Made by a program: the position numbers and the translations under genes. A DNA stretch of 64,000 bases, taken from NCBI GenBank assembly GCA_964016885.1, contig OZ024742.1, positions 153,636,001-153,700,000 of the forward strand, read 5' to 3'. How positions within the stretch are numbered: position 1 is the first letter of the stretch; each line of letters begins with the position of its first letter. Under the pieces are notes generated by a model that saw only the letters and a program-made list of their open reading frames with translations, was not told the DNA's origin and ran no database searches. The DNA comes from Eledone cirrhosa (lineage: Eukaryota). Shown in pieces: positions 43,119 through 58,627 of this stretch.

Positions 43119-43196
43119 GCTTTCTGAAGATCCGATCTTTCCATTGGACGCCCTTGGATTCCCAATCTTTTGTGAGGCGAAACCGTCGGTAAAAGC
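43119..43196 (+). ncRNA. Type I hammerhead with enlarged stem II
   Basis: gcttt CUGAAGA tcc...(48 nt in total)...ggc GAAA ccgtcgg UA aaagc; perfect 5-bp stem I. Confidence 0.7.
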
Positions 43197-43734
43197 AATT
43201 TGGATAGGTGAATATTTAAACTGTATTTTAATTTATTTTAAAAGAATGTTTAAAATTTATTTGTTCAGCTCATCTCAATTATATATATATATATATACAA
43301 GTTTTCTGTCAGACGAAACCTCGGAACAACATCAATCTAATGATGTAGCAACGAGAAGGAGATGAAGAGGGCCTAGTCTCAGTAGGGAATTGGTAACTGG
43401 TGCGAACGACTCAACCAAAACACTGTGATGTGGCTGGATATGACAAATGCAGTCATACTGCATCGTCAAGCCAATTAACAAGCGGGCGCGTTCAGGTGGA
43501 AAGGCATGTTTTAAAAATATATTGCAGTCCCCATCCAACGATGAGGAGATGGGTGTGAGATCTGACATTTGATGTGTCTGATGGAAGCTCAAAGGTTACG
43601 TATCCCGAGACACCAGAGATGGTCCAGAACGGAAAAAATCCTGAAAACTGATATATATATATATATATACACGTACATATATATACACATATACGTGTGC
43701 GTGTATCTGCATGAGTGTCTTATTGTTTGTGTGC

Positions 43735-43845
<111 letters not shown>

Positions 43846-44798
43846 TGTGTTTGTATATGTCCGTGTGTGTGAGTGTGTGTGTCATACCTGCATTCTAATT
43901 ATTTGAATTTTAGCTATAAAAAGTTATTGTTTATAATTGAGTAACAAAGCACCATTGCGGAAATATAATTACATTTGCTCTCATATATCTGTATATTATT
44001 GAATGTTTGCACACAACGATAATGTACTGAAGAATATTTAAAACTTCTCAATGGCTGTCAATGTCAAGCTGTTCTAAATACGTAATTGTCTACTTGAGAA
44101 TGCATACACCATTTGCTTGCTCTGCTGTTCTTCTTTTATCGGAATATTACTACCTTGATTTATGATGGTATGCTTGACACGTAATAAGTGTTTACGTCTT
44201 GAATTTCTACAATTAACGGACGGCAGAATTGCATCTTATTCTTAATATGTAAGCGAGGATAAGTTAGTGCAAGACACGAGCATATAGAATTGTTGGTTAT
44301 AAGTAGAATGAAGAGGTATTGAGTTTAGGCAAGTGCTCACTTGAAATGGTATGAAAAGGTCTATGCCATATGATATGAGCTTGGCATTAGAGGAAACAAT
44401 ATTATTAACTAACGATTGAAGAAAACAATACAGAGAAGAATGTAAATAATAATACCACTGCAGTTAATTACTTTAGTCGTCACATTGATGAATGTAAGTA
44501 GAGTAAGTATGGCAGGGATTATGGTGGTGATGGAAGCTATTACATTATGACCAGTATGATGAAGAGAAGGATAGCGAGATGTTCGTGAAAGGAAGGAACT
44601 CATATCGTATCATTTACTATACATTTTCAGTAAACATGACATTGCTACCAAGATATAACAGTTTGATTCTATATACTACATCCTCGCCCACATTCTCTCT
44701 CCTTTCTCCACGTATTACCCACACGCACACACACTCAAATACGCACACACACATACACACACAATCACACACACATACACATATATAAATATATATAA

Positions 44799-44879
<81 letters not shown>

Positions 44880-44907
44880 TAAATTTAGTCCTTCATCAGT
44901 GATCTTC

Positions 44908-45760
44908 CAAGCTATAAGAATAAAGGCTCCTATGAAGAAATCTCCGACAAATAACCGAAAGCAGCCCCTTCGCGGCGGTTACGACGGAGTATCTATCGAA
45001 CATTTTGACAGCACGTATAAATGGACCAGATATACAGTCAACCAAACAGAATTAGGTGTAAAATAAACTAGAAGAAATGTGTACATATCTAATTACCTCT
45101 ACCATAGTTTCGTCCGCATTTTAAGACATCCGATAACATGGGATATCTAGAGCTTCGGATTCTTCAGGAGTTAGCTCAAATTTAGACAATTAATTTTCCA
45201 AAGAGTCTTTATTCTTATAGCTTGTTCTAATTGATTTTTTATATGGCTAATAATGCTAATTGGGAGAGGAAACGGTATATATTTTATCTAGTGATTCTAT
45301 AGACATGTTTTATGATATATAGCTCTGATTATTTAATTTATTAATTCTTCATTGAGCCACAACGTGACCCTTGCAAAACACATATATATCTATGACTTTA
45401 TATATATATATATATATATGTAAACCTTTATATGTAATAATCTCCCGTTAGGTTGAGATACAATTTGGCTGTATTGGGTTGCGCTTTCTAGCAAAAAGCC
45501 TACCAGCCGTAAGTAACTAATCACATCCTTTCTAACTTGACCGCTGCCACGTCACGATTCTTAGCCATTTTTGAATGTATTCTTGGCGCGATCACTTTGG
45601 AAGGGGCTGCTTTCGGTTATTTGTCGGAGATTTTTTAATAGGAGCCTTTATTCTTATAGCTTGGTCTAATTGATGTTTTATATGGTTAATTATGGTAATT
45701 GGGAGAGGAAACGGTATATAATTTATCTAATGATTCTATAGAGATGTTTTATGATATATA
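44908..45760. repeat. pLTR-like cluster with direct and inverted segments
   Basis: 44908-44972 is the inverse of 45599-45663; 45208-45320 directly repeats 45646-45758. Confidence 0.75.
45097..45170 (-). ncRNA. Type I hammerhead with enlarged stem II
   Basis: Reverse complement: ctc CUGAAGA atccg...cggac GAAA ctatgg UA gag. Confidence 0.65.
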
Positions 45761-46787
45761 TATATATATAATAATAACAATAATATTATTTATATTTATA
45801 TATATATATATACACTATAATTATAAACAGGAAAGGTCAGTATTTTTTTATACCACCTTAATGCCAGTATGAAAACATAGCTCAATGTAAATACATCAGA
45901 TGTCTTACAGAGCAGGAATATAAATTACAAAATAATCAAATCGATGTTCAAAATAATTTATCGTTGCCAATCGTTTCTTCCAAATATTCGTGTGGATCCA
46001 TTGGAGCATTAGCAAAGTTTAGACATATAATTAACCTCCTATTCCACAGAACAATTATAAAGACATGTGGATATTACTGTTGCCACTAACGGTGTCCTAT
46101 TTAAAGAATGAAAGTGATGTGGTTAGTAGCATTGGATGCGACACAGATTATAAAAGAATAATACAACAATTATAGAAGAATTAAAGAAGAAAGTTACTCG
46201 CAAAATGAGGACTTTAGCGATACATAGGCAAACATAGAAATAATACAGTGGTATTAAGCATGTACAGAGTAACAAGGTTAAAAAACGAGCAATGGTACCA
46301 ATCATATATATCACAGTATGGCAAAGGTATCCCACAATATAATACAAGTGTAAAAGCATATCAAACAGACAGAGATCCGTGAGTATGCAAAACAGTTTCT
46401 ATGATAGTTCATGGTGGATGCAATGTTAAAATTGTTCCAGTAATGTTCAAATGTATGTGTGTTGTGAATGTTAATACCAAGGTTTTCCTTTCCATTACAT
46501 TGGTAATATTTTTAGGAAATGTTTATCACATCTATTGAGTGTGTATTGGTCTCACTACAATCTTATCAGAGGTTAAAGTTGTTCTGTAGTGATCTGTCTA
46601 ACGGTTTAATTTCAGAAAGTGATTAGATATCTACACTAAAGGGAGCTAATGGGAAAGGGCAGATAATTGTTGATTAATTAGTGTATCAGAGAAAAATGTA
46701 TAATCTGGTGTTAGTTATTTATGACTCTAATTAGTTAAATTCTATGTGTTAATATATATATATATTGCTGTAGTGGAGTCAGTGCTG

Positions 46788-47150
46788 CTGTACGGGTCTG
46801 AGACTTGGATACTGACCAAGAAACTAACTCAGATGGTGGATGGATTCTATACAAGAATACACTGAGGATGAAAGACTCAGAGCTGCATGGGAGCCTCCCA
46901 AAGGTCAGGTCAAAATTGACACAGAGAAGACTGAGGTTAGCTGGACATGCTTACCTTCATCCAGAGCTGACACTGCACTCAGTGCTTCTGTGGGAACCCC
47001 TGCATTGGTAAGGGGAAGACCAAGGTTAACGTATGTTGATGCCCTATGAACAGACACTGTTCTGTTGGAGACGCAGGTCATGGCAGCGATAATGAGGGAC
47101 AGAGACCGCTGGAGAAAACTCGTCCATGGATCTCGGGAACTTTACCCGCC
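46788..47150 (+). mobile_element. RTE-like LINE 3' fragment
   Basis: AVVESVLLYGSETWILTKK..DGFYTRILRM..RRLRLAGH..VLLWEP..GRPRLTYVDAL..DRDRWR. Confidence 0.85.
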
Positions 47151-47256
47151 CTATATATATATACAGTGGGATGGCGTCATCGTATGGGTAAAACAGCACG
47201 TGCTGTGACCAGTGGCGCCGAATGGCGCCGGACAGTCTGGTCGGCCCGTCAAGGTG

Positions 47257-48780
<1,524 letters not shown>

Positions 48781-48813
48781 GTATATATATATATACATAC
48801 ATATATATATACT

Positions 48814-48899
<86 letters not shown>

Positions 48900-48932
48900 G
48901 TATGTATATATATTTATGTATGTATAAATATG

Positions 48933-48986
<54 letters not shown>

Positions 48987-48991
48987 AATAT

Positions 48992-49032
<41 letters not shown>

Positions 49033-49059
49033 TATATATATGTCACCTTGACCGACCAG

Positions 49060-50400
49060 ACTGAGACCTCTCCACCCACAACTAGCCCCTCACGCTCGTC
49101 GCCCCATCCCAAACCATAAGCCAGACCCTCCAGTTGTTATCACCATACCCCCAAACTCCGCTTCTCCGAACCTGTAAGCCCACAACATCAACCGGCTCCA
49201 GACGCCCAGACCACTCCCTCACCCTGGGCCGACGACCATCACATTCGCCGCCGGCACTCGGACAGTTCAGCAAATTGGACGCCTTCGCTTCCACCACAGC
49301 ACGAATTAACAACTCTTTGGGCTGAACTCCTCTTTCTCCATTCCCACCGTGACCGCGATGACACCATCATCAAACCGGCGGATAAAGAAGGCGCAGTGAT
49401 GGTGAGGCACGGTGACCTCTAAACCTCTGATGCCCTCAGGCTGCTCTACAACTCCGTCTTCTACTCTCACCCCACCCCCACTACCAGCAACAGCTTTCCT
49501 CCACTATGCAACACCTCGTCACCTCCTCCCTTCTGCTTCTCACTACCTCCCACCTCATCGTCCGCACCTTCCGCAACCCCACCTTCTACTTCTTTAAAGT
49601 CCACAAACCCGACAGCCCCTGTCGCCCTATCGTCTCCGGCTGCAACTCTTTCTTCTCCGACACCATGCTCGCTTCCCTTGTCACCACCCTCGCCTCACTC
49701 AATTCCGACGCCAACCACACATCCGCCTTTTCGAATCCTTGACTTTTCTACCCGGTCCCCCTCACCTCCTCTTCATCCTTGACATACAATCCATTTACAC
49801 CAGTAGACCCCACCCTTACGCCTACGCTCCCTCCAACGAGACCTTCACCACTTCTCCGTCTCCACCACCTCCGCCCACCTCCACCTCCGCCCACCTCCAC
49901 CTCGCCGAGATGGTCCTCACCCTTAATTGCTTCTCCTTGGGTGAATTTTACCAGCTGCCACTTGAGTAGCCATGGGCAGAAGAATGAGCCACAATTACGC
50001 CAAATTTTTCCTTGGCCACGTTGAGGCCGAGATATTTGAGCAATGGACTGGTCCCAACCCCCAACTATACTGTCGTTATATTGACGATTGTATCGGTGCC
50101 ACGACTATCACCCGCGAACGGCTCGACTACTTTCTATTTCTCATCTGCTCCTTCCATCCCTCCCTCAACTTCACCACCTCCATCCACTTCTCGAACATGT
50201 CCGTCGCCATCGATCCCTCCCACCACTCACTCATGCCTGGGCTTTTCTCAAACCTACTCACCCTCACTCCTAACTCTAATTTACCTCTTCCAACCTCACT
50301 CACACCAAACACACCATTCCCTACTCCCAACTTCTCCGCATCCGCTGCCTTCGAAACTGAGTCCCTTTCTCTGTTCCGTCATTTTACCCGGACGGGTTAA
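49060..50400 (+). pseudogene. Decayed Neptune-like PLE RT
   Basis: IIKPADKEGAV; KVHKPDSPCRPIVSG; LFILDIQSIYTS; LAEMVLTLNCF; AMGRRMSHNYA; YCRYIDDCIG. Confidence 0.85.
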
Positions 50401-50993
50401 ACCCCTCCCTTGTGCATGCCACTCTCATCCGCGCACGAACTATCACCTCCCCCCCCCACCCTCCGTAACCCATTCCCCCTCACCTACCTCACCGCCAACC
50501 TTCTCCTCCAAATTACCTCGAAATTCGAATTTACCACATGTTGAAATCCACCCGCTGTACCCGCGCATGTTTATCATCCACACACACACACACACACCAA
50601 CATCCATACGGAAACATAATCACACAGAGACACTTGCAGCATTTCCGCACATACGCAACTACGCATCTTACACGATCCCACATCATCTACAGGCACACAC
50701 ACATGCACATCTACACATATACCCAAACTTCACCCTACACAGCCTCCAGATTTGATACGATCTCATCTCACCCATTTATACCCCAATCCTCACACATACA
50801 CACCAACATCCATACAGGGACTATATGTACACAGACATATACTCCGTCCCAACACGCACACAATGGTTTTTCAAAACTTTTATCTGATAAAAGCGCACCA
50901 TAATTTGCCTTGGGTGCCCTTGAAATATATATAATAAAATAATTATGGTTTTATAAATATAGTTTCCATTCATTAATATATAGTATATTATAT

Positions 50994-51180
50994 GCCAGTG
51001 GATTGGCAGTATCGATAGAGGGTCGGACGCCATGCTTTGACGCATAGAGTTACGGCCCTTGCCATTCTGAGTTCAAATCCCGCCGAGGTTAACTTTGCCT
51101 TTCATCCTTATGGGGTCGATAAAATAAAGTACCAGTAATACACTGGGTAATTGCTGGCCTTGTGCCAAAAGTAGAAACAA
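50994..51180 (+). mobile_element. tRNA-derived SINE with 18-bp TSD-like repeat
   Basis: attaatatatagtatatt at 50972-50989 and 51180-51197. Confidence 0.9.
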
Positions 51181-51281
51181 TTAATATATAGTATATTTAC
51201 TCCACTAAACTGTTCAGTGCTTTATATCAGTTATAACATGTTTAAGCTTGTTGAATCCCAACAAATTAAATATAACCTCTG

Positions 51282-51381
<100 letters not shown>

Positions 51382-51774
51382 GTATACAACTTCGTATTTG
51401 CTGAAACTCCAGTCTAACAAGACACGCTACTTTGCCATTGTAAATGATTGTATATATATATATAGGGAAAACAGATGTAATCGAAAATGCAACTGCAGAT
51501 TTAAGTGCTAAGACCTTAAAACTCCAGTAGCATTTTCGATTTCATCTTTTTTCCTTATACTTTCACTCGTGTAGGACATCATAAATAACCCACACTTTCT
51601 AATATATATATATATAATTATTATTATTTTTTTTAGTATATGTTGGCTGTTTACCGACACCTCAGTATGCAGATTGGAGCACTCGACAAATTACGCAGGT
51701 CAGTTTGGTTACTCCGGTGTAATGTAAAATAATTAATCAATTATTTAAAATTTGGCTTCGTTTATTAAGTATGT

Positions 51775-51829
51775 ACTGTTATATATATTTCGGTGACAGC
51801 CTTCATTGGCTGTGACCTCTTCAGGCAGT
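51775..51829 (-). ncRNA. Minimal type I hammerhead
   Basis: Reverse complement: actgc CUGAAGA ggt-c-acagcc-aatgaa-ggctgt-c-acc GAAA tatata UA acagt. Confidence 0.8.
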
Positions 51830-52648
51830 CCGAATTGGTGTGGTAGAGACAGGTACACATGTTGTTGAAGTGTTTTACTCCGTCAATACTCCGATATGTC
51901 CAGCTCCTGGTTGTGTCGTTATTGCTCTGAGGAACTGGAATAATATGAATTCGAACAAACGAATTTTGGCGTCACAGGACACTCTCTCATCCCATTGGTC
52001 AGTTGTGAGGACATTCCTCAGTCAAAAGTCTATAGAAATTTCTCTGAGGCAAGACAATCTGTTGTGGTTGTTTTTGTTAAGTACAGCTGACCTCCTCCAT
52101 TGTGTTATTAGTGGTAGTGGTGTTAAGGGGTCAGCTGGCAGGCCAGCTTTGGTTTGCTGCTGCTATGTTCAGAAGAATTTGTGTGTGTGTGTTGGCATCT
52201 ATCCTGTCACCATTTCACGTGGTGGTGGTGGGGGGAAACAGATAAAAAAATAAGATAAAATGAAATAAAGAAATAAAAAAATGATAAAATAAAATAAAAT
52301 AAAACGCGTGTGTGTTACAACCAATATCAAAGTTTGAATGATTTGGAAAATATTGACTGAAGTAGGAAGGCTGTGTGTCAGAATCGAGAAGTGCAAAGGA
52401 TTACAATCCTTACACTATCATGGGGTGGTGCGTTTTCAAAGCACATGAGACAAGAGTGGAATGTACAACACCAGACCCTAAGTGTAAAAATCCGGAAATG
52501 CAGAAGACTACAGTTCTTATTTCGGCATAAAGTACATATGTACAAGCACACACGCACACACACAGGCTCAGGTGCATCCCATATGCATACATATATGCAC
52601 ACATACACATACACATACACTCACACGCACATACATTATACCCCCCCC

Positions 52649-52684
<36 letters not shown>

Positions 52685-52899
52685 CACATGCATACACACA
52701 CACATACACACACACATAGATACATGCAATTACCTATGTATGCACACTCTTAAACAACAGTATTTCTGTATGGACCTATGTATAATTATGTGTTGCCATA
52801 GGAGTCGATCGAGGTAGGGGTAGGGGTGGTGATTTTGTAGGGGTGGTTTACCGTGGGTTCAGTGTGGCGCGGCTACTGTCCCTATACCTTGAAGGAAAT

Positions 52900-53520
52900 T
52901 ACCATCTGAATGTGTTGTTATTGTCCATATAATTTGAGGAAGGTCCCAGCCCTGAGGTGTCTACATGTCCCGAAGGAGTCAGTCCTGAGGTTTATTAGGC
53001 TGCTTCCACCGCTGAGTATCTCGAGGGACTGGCTCAGACTTAGTTTTCAGATGCCAGATCACCCTTTATCAGGTGGTACTTTCCTGATTTTGGACCAGGC
53101 CAGAGAGTGCGGCGTCCTGTCCAGCTTGAGCTTCAAGATCAGTTCAGAAAGAGCCGTACCTTTCCTTTTGTCCTCTCTATTAAAGGAATGGCGATGGTTA
53201 TACTATGGGTCTTTGAAGCTCGATGATGTGGCTCCTATGTAAAGGTGTTCAGAGTTGGAGGTTTTTGCTCTACATCCGTATTTTACGTTCTTCTTTAGGT
53301 ATTCATTACTAAGGGGCAATAATGCGGGGTTTCTGCAGTTGCAGGAGGTGGTCGATCCCCGAGTGCCTAATGAGGGGTTCCCTTTGCGTATTATATGGTG
53401 GTCGTCCCCCAAGCCCCATGAGGGGTCCCTGGGTCTGTTTGGGTCTCCTGAGTGGGTACTGGGTCCATCCTTACTTCCCTCCACATGGTTCTGATGGGTG
53501 CTTATATTGGCAGCTTCTGG
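52900..53520 (-). pseudogene. Naiad-like PLE GIY-YIG remnant
   Basis: SCNCRNPALLPL..NVKYGC..LYIGATSSSFK..YNHRHSF..GTALSELI..LAWSKI..LINLRT..TCRH with stops. Confidence 0.85.
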
Positions 53521-53552
53521 TTGCGTGTGGTTTATATATATATATATATATG

Positions 53553-53868
53553 TGTATCCCGGGTTCAATCAGGGGTACCGACAGTAAGTAAGGTACTCAA
53601 TACAAAGCAGAGTATACATATTTAATATAGAACAGACTTCTACAGGACTATAGTTGTTTTATTCCGGAGAAATCATCCGGAATGTAACAGTGCTAGTCCT
53701 GTGGAAGCCTTTTCTATATTAAATATGTATATATGTATATCCAAAATTAAATTAAGGGTGTCGTGTCTGAGAGGCATGCGCCATAAACCCTGCAGAATAT
53801 TCTCAAAGATTCCAATGAATAGATTCGAGCATTTTATATCAACTAGAAATTGATTGACATATATATAT

Positions 53869-53908
<40 letters not shown>

Positions 53909-53995
53909 ATATATATATAAAATAAACATATGAAACAATCACAGGGAATAATTTGTATATATACATATATATACATATATATACATATACATATA

Positions 53996-54063
<68 letters not shown>

Positions 54064-54191
54064 CATGGTGATTTCTAAAGAATGAAACAGTTGTAGTCCT
54101 GTATAATCTCATCTATATTAAAACTGTTATACTCTGCAATGTATTGAGTGTATTACTTACTGTGGTTACCTCCGACTCAACCCGGAATAAC

Positions 54192-54192
<1 letters not shown>
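53553..54192. repeat. Diverged ~125-bp inverted repeat with hammerhead remnants
   Basis: 53553-53678 is the inverse of 54066-54192; contains tga-tttc-taaa-gaat-GAAA-cagttg-UA, similar to 3289-3322. Confidence 0.65.
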
Positions 54193-54243
<51 letters not shown>

Positions 54244-54427
54244 TTATATATACACATATATATATGTATATAATTATATGTATATATATATACATATATA
54301 TATATATACATATATAAACATATATATATATACATATATATATTTATACATATATACATACAAATATATATACATATATATATTTATACATATATACATA
54401 CATATATATGTATACATATATATATAC

Positions 54428-54518
<91 letters not shown>

Positions 54519-54621
54519 TATATAGATATATATAAACATATATATATATACATATATATACATATATATATATATTCATATATATATATACATACATATA
54601 TATATACATATATATCTATAC

Positions 54622-54674
<53 letters not shown>

Positions 54675-54902
54675 TCTATACATAGATATCTATACATATA
54701 TATCTATACATACATATATATATACATATATACATATACATATATATATATATACATACATATATATATACATATATATCTATATATATATATATATATA
54801 CATATATATCTATACATATACATCTATACATATACATATATATCTATACATATATATCTATCTATCTATATATATATATATATGCATACATATATATCCA
54901 TA

Positions 54903-55382
54903 ATATATAAGAACAAAAGATGGTTAAAGGAGTTCCATGTATTTTATTATGCGCATTTCAAAAACAAATATCATCATGCAATATTACTTGTGTTTTCATC
55001 AGATAAAACAGGAGGACATGATATGAAGGCTAAAAAACACTTGTGGATAGTTCATTTTTAAATCAACATATTTGAAGTAGTTTTAGAAACTACTTCTCAT
55101 ATGTTTTCTAAAACTACTTCTCATATGTTGATTTAAAACTGAACTATCCACAAGTGTTTTTTAGCCTTCATATCATGTCCTCCTGTTTTATCTGATGAAA
55201 ACACAAATATTATTGCATGATGATATTTGTTTTTGAAATGCGCATAATAAAATACATGGAACTCCTTTAACCATTTTTGTTCTTATATATTATGTATACT
55301 CCAGTCCCACAAACTGTAGAATGCTTCTTATCCGATATCTGCATTGCTTTATTGTACTACAATAAAACTCACCTCCTACATA
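54903..55382. mobile_element. Non-coding fold-back of the 24739-28884 PLE terminus with two opposed hammerheads
   Basis: 54903-55089 is the inverse of 55105-55290; hammerheads at 54942-55008 (-) and 55186-55252 (+); tail 55290-55382 is the inverse of 24739-24830. Confidence 0.92.
55186..55252 (+). ncRNA. Minimal type I hammerhead
   Basis: ttttat CUGAUGA aaacacaaatattat..gatatttgttttt GAAA tgcgca UA ataaaa. Confidence 0.85.
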
Positions 55383-55621
55383 TATATCCATATATATATA
55401 TATATATATATAGTAAATGTCCGAAATATGTCAAATACACTTTTTTTCTTAGTTTATTTACCCATATATGGACGATAGATAAATAAACACATAAATGTCA
55501 TATCTAAGTTATGTGATAGCTGGCAAAGCATTCATCATTAGCCGTCTCTCTCTCACAGCTTGCTGTGTTTATAAACAAACTTTATCACACATGGTACCCC
55601 ACGTGTGCATATATAAATATA

Positions 55622-55730
<109 letters not shown>

Positions 55731-55759
55731 TGGTAGTGAGACATGGGCAGTGTGTAATC

Positions 55760-56718
55760 ACACACAGCTAGGTGGTTAACTTATGAAATTTTAACTAGAA
55801 CTTCAAATACAGATACCCTTTTAAATGATAAATCTTCTTTATATATATCTCATCAAATAAAGAAATATATATAACTATCGGTAAATCGCAGTAGTCAGAC
55901 CCGGATTTTGACCAAAGGAGAAGATTTAACTATCTGTGTTTACACAGCAAATGCAAATATGTAAATGACTCATAGCACGTGTTGCATTTAAACAAAAATA
56001 AACACATCGTACCAGCGTCAACCCAGTGGCGTAAATAGGAGTATCCACTGCTAGAAATAGCAGCAGAGTTGATTCAACTGAGTTAGCTCCACAATTAAGG
56101 GGCCGTATATATATCCAAAATTATATGCCATATCCTGTGCAGAATATGCTCAAAGATTCCAAGAATAGATCCGACCATTTTATATCAATTAGAAATGTAT
56201 ATATATATAAATTATAATTTATTATATATAATAAATAAATATAATTTATTATATATATATATATAATAAGCATATATATATATATATATATATATATGTT
56301 TATATATATATATAATATATATATAATAAACATATGAAACAATCACAGGGAATAATGTGTAAAGTGTGTAAGCACACACAGATAGGTAGGTAACTAATTA
56401 AATGTTAACTAGAACTTCAAATATAGATAACTACAGATTTGTGTAAACACAGATAGTTAAATCTTCTTCTTTGGTGAAAGTCCAAGATTTGACTACTGTG
56501 ATTTACCAATTGATGGTGAAATATATTTCTTTATTTAATGAGATATATACAAAGAAGTGTAATCATTTTAAATGGTACTATATTTGAAGTTCTAGTTAAA
56601 CTTTAATTAGTTACCCACCTAGCTGTGTGTGTGCTTACACACTTTACAAATTATTCCCTATGATTGTTTTATATGTTTATTTTATATATATATATATATA
56701 TGTCATTCGATTTCTAGT

Positions 56719-56720
<2 letters not shown>
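55760..56720. repeat. Nested inverted repeats of one dispersed family (another piece at 53730-53960)
   Basis: 55760-55946 is the inverse of 56440-56630; 56325-56430 is the inverse of 56575-56690. Confidence 0.75.
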
Positions 56721-56759
<39 letters not shown>

Positions 56760-57159
56760 ACATACACTTCTCATGTTATATTATTATAATTATTATTCTC
56801 TTAAATTCAGTGGATTGACTGAGCGTCGAACAATTAATTAAGAATTTTGATCCCGGCTCTTTATCCCACTGACGTCAACTTCGTTCAACTTCCCCAGATT
56901 GCTGGCCTTGTGATACTGTTAGAGGGAATTGTCATCGAGAGTTTCGTCTGGGAATCAAGAACATTCGTGTCTCCAAATGTATCAATCCAAGTCAATATCC
57001 GCCAGTTGGTCGTAAATCTGGATGTACAGGACCTTACTTTTCACAATGTCGACCATCATTACTTGGCTGTTCGACATGGAGTGCTGCATTTAATCCCTTT
57101 TTTTAAGGACAGGTCAAGAAGAGCACTGGCATCTGCTATACAGTAAAGGTACATGACTA

Positions 57160-57900
57160 TTTTACATAGCCGCATCGCATTGATCAAGCGGTGTGTCTGG
57201 AATGTCCTATCTCACCTCTCCTGTATGAGCTGGCTGCCGAGCCACTTCATCTGATGCTAGAGCTGACGAATGGCATTAATTTCATAATAGGAAGTGGGTG
57301 AGTGAGTCTTCGTATATGTGGATGATACCATCGTAATGGTGTTGGACACTACAAAGTTGGAGGTGGTTGCCACCTTTCCAAACATAATGAAGGTACGTCC
57401 GGGGCAAAATTCAACTCGGTGAAATCATTGATGTTGCTGATCTCCACTTGTAGATCGAACTCCATGAATCAGAGAGAATTATGGGGCGCTGGAATGACAG
57501 ACCGATCAAAAGTTTTTTTTTTTTTTGTGGTGGTGTGTGGTCCTTTTTGACAATCAAACAGAATAGAACTTTCATGCCGTTACAATCAGCCTGGTAGATC
57601 ACACTCACTAAAGGCTCAGACAGAAGTGGCAAATGTTTACATCATTTCCGTCGTTATTTACCGTCATACCATGTGTATTGTCCAAGTCATTGTGTGAACA
57701 AATTGAATGATATGCTTTCACCTGTTGTGGAAAGGCCGTGTTCCAGTGATCACAAATTCGGACTCCTTCCAACACGCTCTGCGTGGGACACACTGCATAT
57801 CGTGGCGGTTGCTGTGAAACATTTATCGAGACATTGGCACGTTTAGATAAACCTGGACGGTGAATGAAGTGTATCATCTTGTGTCAGGTGTTTTTTTCAG
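57160..57900 (+). mobile_element. Decayed L1/Tx1-like RT remnant
   Basis: ECPISPLLYELAAEPL..GI..YVDDTIVMV...LLWKGRVPVI..QHALRG. Confidence 0.6.
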
Positions 57901-58418
57901 CAACTCATATCTCTGAAGGAGATACATTTCTAGGTTCCCGGCACCTAGAATATTGGCAGGCGCTTACATCACTCTAGACGTAATGCATTGTGATCTATGA
58001 AGATTCACCTTTAGCAATCTCTAGATGATTGTTTGGTTTTTTCACGTTAGTATTACATTCATAACTTACGAATGAAATATGTTGTATTAAAAATTCGATC
58101 CCTCTTTCTTAGTTATGATTTAATATGTCAGATCGTTCTATTTGAATAGAACTCCCAACATTCAGTTCTAGTTTGAATATGTCACTATCTGTAAACCAAC
58201 TTTTGTATTTTATCTGATGATAGCTTACCAAGATATTGGTACCCTTGAAATATATATATTAACATTAATATGGTTTTATAAACATACCTTCAATTTATTA
58301 ATATTATTGATATATATATACATACATATATATATATATATAGATGTATATATATATTTATATATATATATATATATAAATTATACAATTATCAAAGTTG
58401 TGTTCACACCAGTTAACA

Positions 58419-58463
58419 GCTGACAATCGTTTCTTCAAAACTCTCGTTTGGAATCATCGGAGC
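58419..58463 (-). ncRNA. Minimal hammerhead-like motif, CCGAUGA core (paralog ~45965-46010)
   Basis: Reverse complement: gct CCGAUGA ttccaaac-gaga-gttttgaa GAAA cgattg UC agc. Confidence 0.65.
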
Positions 58464-58627
58464 ATTATCAGTGTTTGCACATATAACTAACCTCCTATTC
58501 AACTGAACAATAATACATACAAGTTGATGTTGTGAGCAGCAGTTTCTTATTTACAGGGTGGTATGGATGTGACATATATTTTAGAGAATTGTACAATAAA
58601 TGTACAAACATTCAAGTTCAAATTCAC

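Noticed and set aside
53040-53075. In-frame TGA at a Cys position (I*KLS; also N*KTRN at 63661) as selenocysteine, reported for some Naiads
   Set aside because: Both copies have other stops and substitutions, the better-preserved copies use TGC/TGT, and no SECIS was recognised.
54903-55382. Viroid-like or retrozyme circular RNA
   Set aside because: Only one hammerhead per strand; unit-length excision needs two on the same strand.
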